DNA of 64,000 nucleotides from a virus: IMG/VR virus record IMGVR_UViG_2802429064_000003; one strand, 5' to 3'. Shown piece by piece: positions 56,835 to 64,000 of this stretch (position 1 is its first letter; each line of letters starts with the position of its first letter). The notes under the pieces were generated by a model. It saw only the letters and a program-made list of their open reading frames with translations, ran no database searches and was not told where the DNA came from. The position numbers and the translations under genes were made by a program.

Positions 56835-58415
56835 CTAAGCGCGTGTGCAGGTGCAGCCGAACGCGATGTCGCCCAGGCGTTCGGCGCTGATTTTGCCGCA
56901 TCTTCGGCACTGCGTGTGGTGTGGGTCGTCGCGCAGTGACGGGGCTGTCAATGGGCCCAGGTAATCAAACCCGTGCTCCTCGATGAATGTCTTGACTTCT
57001 TCGTAGGGCATCGATTCCACGTTGGCCCATTCCCCTAGGACTGCTCGCTGGTGTGCGGCCCAACCGCGCCAATAGCAGGCCCTGCATGTTGGTTCATCGA
57101 GACGGTTCTTATCGAGGGTGTACTCGAAGCGGTAATGCGCGCGGACGGTGCACGTCAGGCACTCCGTCAGTTGCCAGTCCTTCGGATGGGTAAATGGCTC
57201 GAGGGGCGCGACCCCGCCACGTCGTTGTAGGTTGGCAATGTGCTCCTCGCACCATGTCGGCTTCGAGCGGGTTCTGAACGCGGCTACGGATGTGCAGCCC
57301 TCAATCGAGCATTGCTGATCTGTTGGAACCCGTTTCCTCCGTAGCGGTTTTGGAGCCTTAAGGGGCTTCGGCGGTTCTGGGACCGGGCGTTCTGCTAGGG
57401 GCAACTTCCGAAGACCAGTGGGCAGAGGGGTGGGTTCCACCCGAGACGGTTGGCTTGAGTCAAGCAGAACACCCATGTCGGCCAGGGGTTTTCCGTCTAA
57501 GCACCGAAGGAAGTCGTCCTCGGTCATTACTTCTATTGCTTGGCCTTTGTCTTGTAGCTCAAATGCGCGGCGCGTCTTTCCAGTGAGGTCCGAACCTGGC
57601 CGGAGCACAGCAGGATTGATATCGCCGACGACAAGCACGTTGGTTCGCTTCGTGGTGTCTTCTTGGGCTATCGCACCGACGCGCGCGCATTCGGCCCAGG
57701 CGACCCGCCGAGTCATCGACATCAAGGTGCCGGTGAAGACGACAACGCGTCCGTACAGGTATCCCTCGGGGTCAGCATCCGGGTTCAAATCCGGCTGTAC
57801 AAGCCGGGATATGCCGCCACTTGAAACGGCCACGCTGCCCTTGTATACACCGCTTTGCATGTGGCCGATACGAATACCGATGGACTGAGCTAAATCGCTG
57901 ACCTCGCAAGCGTTATGGGATTTTGCGAGTCCTCGAATTACTTCGACTACCGCACGTGCGTCTGCCAGGGGGTCGTGGTGATCATCGAGACGACCTCCAA
58001 GGGCATTGACCACGAACGGTAATCGGTAGGAAGGCAGGGAAAGGGTCCGCCTCGCAAGTACCAGCGTGCACAGGAAACGCAGCGATGGCCATTCGATGTT
58101 GTCCACAGCGCATGCGTACCGGATGACGCCGATATCGAAACCGGCGTTGTGTGCGACAACGATGTCCTTGCCGATGAACTCGATGATGCGTGGCAACGCG
58201 TCTTTCCACCGCGGCGCGTTCGCAACCATGTCAGCGGTGATGCCGTGAATACCGGTGTTGAACCCGTCGAAGTAGTCGACTTGTTCAGGCGGTCGTATCA
58301 GCCAACGATGTTCCGCCACGGGCATTCCGTGCCGCACCCGTACAAGGCCCACCGCGCACGGCGACCCCCGGTACGAATTCGCAGTCTCAAAGTCGACGGC
58401 TACGTAATCAAGCAT
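56835..58415 (-). CDS. DnaQ-like 3-prime to 5-prime exonuclease (DEDD) fused to a BRCT domain and a C-terminal Cys-rich region
   Basis: VAVDFETAN (exo I), HNAGFDIGV (exo II), HHDPLADA (exo III). BRCT-like segment GRVVVFTGTLMSMTRRVAWAECARVGA. C-terminal CRACYW...CRRCGKISAERLGDIAFGC. Confidence 0.6.
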   Translation of the reverse strand: MLDYVAVDFETANSYRGSPCAVGLVRVRHGMPVAEHRWLIRPPEQVDYFDGFNTGIHGITADMVANAPRWKDALPRIIEFIGKDIVVAHNAGFDIGVIRYACAVDNIEWPSLRFLCTLVLARRTLSLPSYRLPFVVNALGGRLDDHHDPLADARAVVEVIRGLAKSHNACEVSDLAQSIGIRIGHMQSGVYKGSVAVSSGGISRLVQPDLNPDADPEGYLYGRVVVFTGTLMSMTRRVAWAECARVGAIAQEDTTKRTNVLVVGDINPAVLRPGSDLTGKTRRAFELQDKGQAIEVMTEDDFLRCLDGKPLADMGVLLDSSQPSRVEPTPLPTGLRKLPLAERPVPEPPKPLKAPKPLRRKRVPTDQQCSIEGCTSVAAFRTRSKPTWCEEHIANLQRRGGVAPLEPFTHPKDWQLTECLTCTVRAHYRFEYTLDKNRLDEPTCRACYWRGWAAHQRAVLGEWANVESMPYEEVKTFIEEHGFDYLGPLTAPSLRDDPHHTQCRRCGKISAERLGDIAFGCTCTRA

Positions 58416-59011
58416 TTTGTCGCCGGCTCTGCGTGCACCAGTTGTGCAAATCCCTGAGGGAACTCGGCAAGTACGGTGCTTCCAAGCTCCTCGGGCATGA
58501 TCCACGGGGTCTCGCCGGTTCGCGGATCTACCGATCGACGCAGACGCTGCTCATCGGCACCAAGCCATGCTGCCCAGACACTGGCCACGTAATTCGCTAC
58601 CGACAGTGCGCGATACGCGGGCTGGTCTCGGCTATCCATAGCGAGCTGGGGAGCCTTCGCGAATGTCGGTATGACAAGATTCGGATTCTTTCCGCGTCGT
58701 GCGTAGTCGGCCACAGCAGCAGCGATCGATTTTTGGTGATCGGACGTCTCGCGTACAAGACCGTCGAACGCATCGAGGCTAAGCGTGTGCTGGAACGCTA
58801 ACGGCGGCGTGGTGCCCGCGGTGAGAACGACAGCGCGGCCGGCCGTCAGGCTCCAGACCTTGTAATCGTGGTGTTCGTCATCACGGCCGATTACGACCGC
58901 ATTGGTGTGGCCCACCCGCGACCCGTCACGGCATGTAAGCCAAACAGCGGTCTCATCCGACGATTGCTGACTGTCGAGGATCGCAAATCCGAGCAAGAAT
59001 CCACCCCCCAT
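58400..59011 (-). CDS. Hypothetical protein
   Basis: ORF with moderate periodicity. The 3-prime end overlaps the start of the exonuclease gene. Confidence 0.4.
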   Translation of the reverse strand: MGGGFLLGFAILDSQQSSDETAVWLTCRDGSRVGHTNAVVIGRDDEHHDYKVWSLTAGRAVVLTAGTTPPLAFQHTLSLDAFDGLVRETSDHQKSIAAAVADYARRGKNPNLVIPTFAKAPQLAMDSRDQPAYRALSVANYVASVWAAWLGADEQRLRRSVDPRTGETPWIMPEELGSTVLAEFPQGFAQLVHAEPATKCLIT

Positions 59012-59200
59012 TGATCGATAGCGCGCGTCGTCAATTTAATGCAGCAACCCAACTTGCGTGGTCGAAATGGCGCCTGTAGTCCGAGCCGACGTAACGGGTT
59101 CGCTGTGGATGTCACCCGGGCAGGTAGACACGATCGGACATGCGCATCCGAACCGCGCGCCTGCCAGGAATTGTGACTCGTGACATAGATACTCCCTGGT

Positions 59201-59746
59201 GTGACCAACGAAGACTGGATCAGGGCTCTCCTGACACCTCCCGCGCGCCGCTCGGTAAACGAGATGAAGCTCCAGATCAGCGAGATGAGCATCGGCGCAC
59301 ATATCGGGGCAACCTTCCTGAGCCCGACATTCGGGGTGTACGTGGTCTGGGGCAATCTCACGCGCGTCAGCGTCGGAGACCTCGCGCTCAGTGCGTTCTC
59401 GATTGAGTCAAAAGGCAAGCCCGCCAACGACATTTTGCGCTTCGACACCTCTGGGCGCTCAGTCCGAGCCGAGGGGCCGGCAGATCCTGCGCCCGACCTG
59501 GAGCATGGGTCCATCGTGCGTGCCACCTTCGAAGACGATTTTGGACAGTACAACGTCGTCGGCCCTGCTGTGCTTGCAACCTCGGCGCCCATGATCGGTG
59601 TCGGACGCTGGGTACTGGCCTACAAGGGCGCACCGGGAGTGTGCCTGCGCCACCTTGATGTCCTAGCCGCGCCAGGCTCGCTCGGCCTTTCGGCTCCACT
59701 GCCAACGCTGTCATGGGACGACACCGATACTGATGCCAGCATGTGA
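59201..59746 (+). CDS. Hypothetical protein
   Basis: ORF upstream of, and coupled to, the second exonuclease. Confidence 0.4.
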   Translation: MTNEDWIRALLTPPARRSVNEMKLQISEMSIGAHIGATFLSPTFGVYVVWGNLTRVSVGDLALSAFSIESKGKPANDILRFDTSGRSVRAEGPADPAPDLEHGSIVRATFEDDFGQYNVVGPAVLATSAPMIGVGRWVLAYKGAPGVCLRHLDVLAAPGSLGLSAPLPTLSWDDTDTDASM

Positions 59747-59802
59747 GGGCATTCAGTCCGCCCGTACATGCCACCGACACAATAGAAAAGAGCTCTTCTG
59801 CA

Positions 59803-60351
59803 ATGGATTTCGTGGCGATTGACTTCGAGACCGCTAACCCCAAGTATGCGTCGGTATGCGCAGCGGGCTGGGCCACCGTACGCGGCGGGCAGATCGTTGA
59901 TCACGGTTCCTGGTTGTGTCAACCACCAGCTGGGCACACAACATTCGGTGCATGGAACATCAAGGTCCACGGGATCACTCCAGATAAAGTAGCCGGGCAG
60001 CCAACCTTCGCCGAACGGATACCCGACTTGCTGGCCCGCCTCGACGGACTGCCGGTCCTGGCGCACAACGCAAAATTCGACATCAGTGTCCTGCGTCAGG
60101 CGCTGGAAGCGTGTGGACATACCCATCACGTAGCGGCCCACCACTGCACCATGGAATGGTCAAAAAAGTTGCTCCAACTGCCCACTTACAAGCTTCCCGC
60201 CGTCTGCAAGCACCTGGGAATCACACTCGACCAACACCACGAAGCTGGCTCCGACGCACTCTCCGCCGCAAATGTCGCACTGCGACTAGCCGAAACGGTC
60301 GGAGCATCCACAGTTACCGAGCTTGACGCAAAGGCGAGCCAGGGCCGGTAG
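59803..60351 (+). CDS. DnaQ-like DEDDh 3-prime to 5-prime exonuclease (epsilon-like)
   Basis: VAIDFETANP, HNAKFDISVL, HHEAGSDALSAA exo motifs. Confidence 0.55.
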   Translation: MDFVAIDFETANPKYASVCAAGWATVRGGQIVDHGSWLCQPPAGHTTFGAWNIKVHGITPDKVAGQPTFAERIPDLLARLDGLPVLAHNAKFDISVLRQALEACGHTHHVAAHHCTMEWSKKLLQLPTYKLPAVCKHLGITLDQHHEAGSDALSAANVALRLAETVGASTVTELDAKASQGR

Positions 60352-60611
60352 CAAGCCCACAAACCGTTGAAGTACGTGGCGAACTACCTCGGACCCAGAA
60401 TGCGAAGTCGGTGAACGACCGCCCCCCGACAATTCGAACCAGGCACACAAATGACTATCCGCAATCCGGCGCCGCTTTCGCCCGGTCGGTACCCGGCTTT
60501 GGCGTCGTTCATGCAGGTGAGCTGCTGTCCAATTACCTGCGGCCCCAACTGAACCAGTTGGGGCATCGAAACCGCCTCATATCTGGCCGGGCTGGCAAGA
60601 TTTGAGCCCGT

Positions 60612-60638
60612 GACCACTTGACCCCCAGTCAAGTGGTC
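60612..60638. promoter_or_regulatory. Perfect 11-bp inverted repeat GACCACTTGAC-ccccA-GTCAAGTGGTC, close to the 3-prime end of the integrase gene (possible terminator or recombination/binding site). A second 9-bp stem hairpin lies at 60544-60564.
   Basis: Seen directly in the sequence. No T-tract follows. Confidence 0.3.
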
Positions 60639-60948
60639 GACGCGTGTCAGCTCAGCCGAGAAACTCGTTGGTGTATGTGACCTGAAAGTGCTTGGCGCAC
60701 CGCAGCGCGCCCCGGCTACTGCGCAGTTTCTTGCAGATTAGTAATGGAGTCGTGTGGCTTGCTGAGGCGCGGTACTCTTGTTATTGCAGACCTCCCCACA
60801 CCCGTGGGTAAGGAGGTCTCGCTGTTTCTGGGGATGTAGAAACCTGTTGTCGTTGTTGCAATGCATACTTGTGCAACAGCTTTCGCGCCTTAACCTCTCG
60901 GTCTGCGAATCTCTCAACGTGGAAGTAGCGGCTTGTCAAAACTGGCGG

Positions 60949-62157
60949 CTAGGCGGCTGCGTCCGGTTCCGGCGTCGCGATCTGCTGAGTGACGCTGTCG
61001 AGATACTGCGCTGCTGCAGACAGTGCTGCAGGGTTCGAATGCGTATACGTCCGTAAGGTGAACGCGGGGTCTGCGTGACCCAACCAGGCAGCGATTACCA
61101 CGGCTGGGACGCCGTTCAGGTGCATCAACGTGGCACACGAATGCCGTGCGTCATGAAGACGAACAAGGGGGAGATTGGCTGCTCTGAGCGCCTCCTTCCA
61201 CGCCTTCGTCAGTGTGCGCGGATGCGGGGGCTTCCCGCTTTCGTCGAGAACGATCAAATTTGAGTTCGACCACCGATAGCCGAGGGCTTCTCTCCTCTGG
61301 GCTTGCCGGCCCTGCAGGCGAAGCAGGGCCCAGACGAGGTCGGTGGGCATCGGTAATTTACGGGTGCTGCTGAGTGTCTTAGTCGGACCAATGCGGGAGC
61401 CGCCCGCAACGGCAAGGCGCGCCGTAGCGATGCCCAACACATTCTTCTGGAAATCGATCATGTCCCACGTCAGCGCAAGGATCTCGCTGCGCCGTAGCCC
61501 CATGAGCGCCAGCCGCCATGCGATTCCGAAAGGGTGGGTCTCCGTGTCTTGCAGCAGGATCGGAATCTCTTCGGCTTCCAGAGTCCGGTTCATGGTGGAT
61601 CTCACTGGCCGCAGTGACTTCACCAGCGAGGCGGGGTTGCGGGGCAACGCGCCCTGATCCACAAGGTCGGACATGATTGACCGCATCCGGGCCAGCATCG
61701 GGTTGATACTTGTTGCCTCCCACCGCGATCGCACCTGTTTACCTTTTAGCTTCTTGGGTCCGCGCCAGGTGCCCGACACCGATGCGCCTATGCGTAGCGC
61801 TTGCACCACGCTTTCGATATCGTTTTTGGTGATCGAGCTGATAGGCCTGTCTCCGAGCATGTCCACAATGGGGCGAAGGCTGGCCACGTATGCGGCCATG
61901 GTCGTCTCCCGGATCCGTTGTCCTGCCAGCCAGTCCTCGACAGCCTGCTGGACCGTTAGGGGTGCGGCGAGATTCTGGCCGCCATTGTGGAGTTCAGACA
62001 TGACTAGCGTGTGCCACTCGACAGCAGACGCGAGAGTCTTGAATCTGCGCTTTTGCTGGTAGCGCGTGCCGTCCGGGCGCTTGGCGTGCGTCCGGACCTC
62101 GTATCGCGGGCCCGACTTGGTCTGCACCGTTACTGCCCATTTTGGTGGTCTTGCCAT
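60949..62157 (-). CDS. int: Tyrosine site-specific recombinase / phage-type integrase
   Basis: C-terminal catalytic region LHDARHSCATLMHLNGVPAVVIAAWLGHADPAFTLRTYTHS with the R...HxxR...Y pattern. N-terminal SAM-like core-binding domain. Confidence 0.75.
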   Translation of the reverse strand: MARPPKWAVTVQTKSGPRYEVRTHAKRPDGTRYQQKRRFKTLASAVEWHTLVMSELHNGGQNLAAPLTVQQAVEDWLAGQRIRETTMAAYVASLRPIVDMLGDRPISSITKNDIESVVQALRIGASVSGTWRGPKKLKGKQVRSRWEATSINPMLARMRSIMSDLVDQGALPRNPASLVKSLRPVRSTMNRTLEAEEIPILLQDTETHPFGIAWRLALMGLRRSEILALTWDMIDFQKNVLGIATARLAVAGGSRIGPTKTLSSTRKLPMPTDLVWALLRLQGRQAQRREALGYRWSNSNLIVLDESGKPPHPRTLTKAWKEALRAANLPLVRLHDARHSCATLMHLNGVPAVVIAAWLGHADPAFTLRTYTHSNPAALSAAAQYLDSVTQQIATPEPDAAA

Positions 62158-62417
62158 ACCTTGCAGCGTTGCACGTAGGTGCGGGGAGGGCAGGAGTTTG
62201 AATCCTCAAGCGCAGAATCTTGTTGTGCCAGTGTGGGCTCGAGTCTTTGGAATGCGTGGCCGGCGGCAGCTTGTGATTTGGTCTGCGACGGACGCTGGTG
62301 GTCGGCCATGCTGTCTAAGTGATCCCAAAACCATTAGGAAATCTGCTGGTTTGGTGTGAGCGCTTCTAGGCATGCAAGCCCCGCATACTTGAGATCATGT
62401 CGAGTCGCAGTTCAGGG

Positions 62418-62654
62418 TCATATTGACTGGCTAAGACAGCTGTCGCGCGTTCGGCAGGAATGAGTTGCCAGAACGTCGCGTTCATCGAGTTGGCAAACCA
62501 GATTGGCGGCGGCGTGGGCGAACGGGATGCGGTCGGCTTCGTCCACGATGATCAGTTTGTAGCGGTGGATCTTCTTCAGTGGTGCTTCCAGGTGGTGACG
62601 GTCAGGTGGCTGATCCAGTTGAGGCGGTGTCGAATAGCGCCGAATGTCCTGCAT
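62418..62654 (-). pseudogene. Remnant of an IS21-family IstB-like ATP-binding helper (truncated fragment)
   Basis: YKLIIVDEADRIPFAHAAANLVCQL resembles the IstB Walker B region (LLIIDELGY...AN.LFQL). Only about 78 aa remain, with no Walker A. Confidence 0.4.
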
Positions 62655-63193
62655 GGGAGGCCTTAACCCCTAGTCTGATCGAACAATGGGTGCACAATCA
62701 GGTTCATCGCTGCCCGACGTTCACTGATAGCCGGTGGGATCCAGGACAGTGCATAGAACGGCTAGGGCGCCGGACTTTGAAAGACGTTCATCGCACGGCG
62801 ATCTGACTCCACCAAGCCCGCCCGGTATTGGTCGGCCCGCAGCCAGATGGGCCAGGACGAGGCGTCGTGCCTTAGAAGCAGCGCCGAAACTTTAGCCGCG
62901 CAACAGGTTCAGGAATATCGGTCATTATCAGCGAAATATAAGGCGCTACCCGGCATGGTGAGGCCATGGACAATCCTGAAATGAACAGAAGATCCGGTTC
63001 CACTGTTGTTGACCCTGATGCCGCGCTGGCCGATGCCGCAGGTCGCGGTGATCGGTTCAGGGTCGACCAAGACCATTGGCTGGTGGCCAAGTCGGCGGTG
63101 TTTTGCGCTGCGGCAACTTCGATCGTCGCGATGATCGGCTTGATAGGCGAAACGTTTGGGCTATGAGATTAACGGGTACCCAATGTTTTTAGG

Positions 63194-64000
63194 CTAGTCG
63201 CGGGCTAGCTCTCGGAGATCGGCATCGGGGTCCTCTTCGGTTGCGGTGGGGCGAGTCTTGCGGTATCCGAAGGCGATACCGATGACGAGAATCGCCAATA
63301 GTGCCGCCGAGGTTCCCCAGGTGCCCAGAGCTAAGCCTCCCTTGTCCAGTGGTTTGGACAGTAAGTCGCCCACGGTGGCCCCAAGCGGTCGGGTCAGGAT
63401 GAACGCCGCCCAGAACAGCAGGACTGCCGAGACGTTGGTCAGGTAATGGGCAATCAAGATGATCGTCATGATGGCGGCGATCAGTGCCGCACTACCCCAG
63501 TAGCCCAGTCCTGAGCTGTCGGCGAGGTAGTCGCCCAGTGAGGTGCCGAGGGTATTGGATAGCAAGATGGCAGCCCAGTAGAGGACTTCACCGCGCAAGG
63601 TGGTGATGTTGGCGACATCGAAAGTTTCCCGGGTCAACTTCCAGATCGCAAAAACGATGACGAGTCCAGTGATCAGCAGAAGCGCCCCGACCCCATAGCC
63701 CAAGCCGCCGGCGGTGTCGGTGTCTGAGCCAGGGCCGCGGTTGATCAGATCGGACATAGTGGTGCCGGCGGTGCTGGTCGCAGCAATCACCGTCCAATAC
63801 AAGGCCGGATGGAACCGGCGGGCACGCAGCTGCGCAAGCAGACTCACCACAAAAATCGAAATGAACAAGATCGAGGCGGCAGCATAGCCAAGCCCTAAGG
63901 TTTGCGCCATCAGATCGCCACCGGTTTCCCCGAGCGTGGTTGCGGCGATCTTCAGAACCCAGAATAGGGCGGTGACTTGGGGAAGCTTGTAGCTCGACAC
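63194..64000 (-). CDS. Polytopic integral membrane protein (N-terminus beyond the window end)
   Basis: At least 6 hydrophobic helices. The ORF runs off the window edge. Confidence 0.5.
   Translation of the reverse strand: MSSYKLPQVTALFWVLKIAATTLGETGGDLMAQTLGLGYAAASILFISIFVVSLLAQLRARRFHPALYWTVIAATSTAGTTMSDLINRGPGSDTDTAGGLGYGVGALLLITGLVIVFAIWKLTRETFDVANITTLRGEVLYWAAILLSNTLGTSLGDYLADSSGLGYWGSAALIAAIMTIILIAHYLTNVSAVLLFWAAFILTRPLGATVGDLLSKPLDKGGLALGTWGTSAALLAILVIGIAFGYRKTRPTATEEDPDADLRELARD

Noticed and set aside
60384-60632. ORFs 60384-60632 (minus) and 60411-60605 (plus) between the exonuclease and integrase genes
   Set aside because: They overlap each other, have poor composition and no start signals. 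The region is better explained as structured non-coding DNA with hairpins.
1-64000. rRNA genes, CRISPR arrays, or a complete recognisable phage structural/lysis cassette
   Set aside because: None was seen. The window appears to cover the non-structural and accessory part of the element only.

Overview
High-GC (about 65%) actinobacterial DNA. Roughly the first 56 kb is a phage or prophage-like accessory and replication region, not a core chromosome. The supporting gene set is nicotinamide phosphoribosyltransferase plus a Nudix hydrolase, a family A DNA polymerase interrupted by a mini-intein, several superfamily-2 helicases, a DnaJ-like protein, DUF2786 and DUF2493/SLOG proteins, WXG100-like small proteins, and a secreted lytic transglycosylase and S1 protease. 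Most genes sit in long co-directional blocks with 4-nt ATGA or GTGA start/stop overlaps. A large divergent intergenic control region with inverted repeats flanking an AT-rich core lies at 22.1-23.07 kb, immediately upstream of the polymerase gene. The most striking sequence-level signal is a 17-bp AT-rich palindrome, TTCTCTA-WWW-TAGAGAA. It occurs at least six times, each 15-30 bp upstream of the first gene of an operon, which suggests one repressor or promoter regulon. That regulon includes an unusual module: an HA-domain protein, a DEAH helicase carrying eight tandem helicase-associated (HA) domain repeats, an Orn-like DEDDh exonuclease, a fused FtsK/SpoIIIE plus CbbX-type AAA ATPase, an SPFH/band-7 protein and a second helicase-HA protein. 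Other oddities are two WhiA-like paralogs, an E2-type E3-binding (PSBD) domain protein with Pro/Ala linkers, and a family of paralogous Cys/His motifs. Near 56.2 kb a fragment resembling the T-arm plus acceptor 3-prime end of a tRNA marks a likely att site or element boundary. It is preceded by an excisionase-family HTH gene. To its right the content looks more chromosomal or mosaic: an exonuclease-BRCT protein, a second DnaQ-like exonuclease, a tyrosine integrase, an IS21 IstB remnant and a membrane protein. All functional calls rest on motif recognition from the translated ORFs. No database searches were possible.
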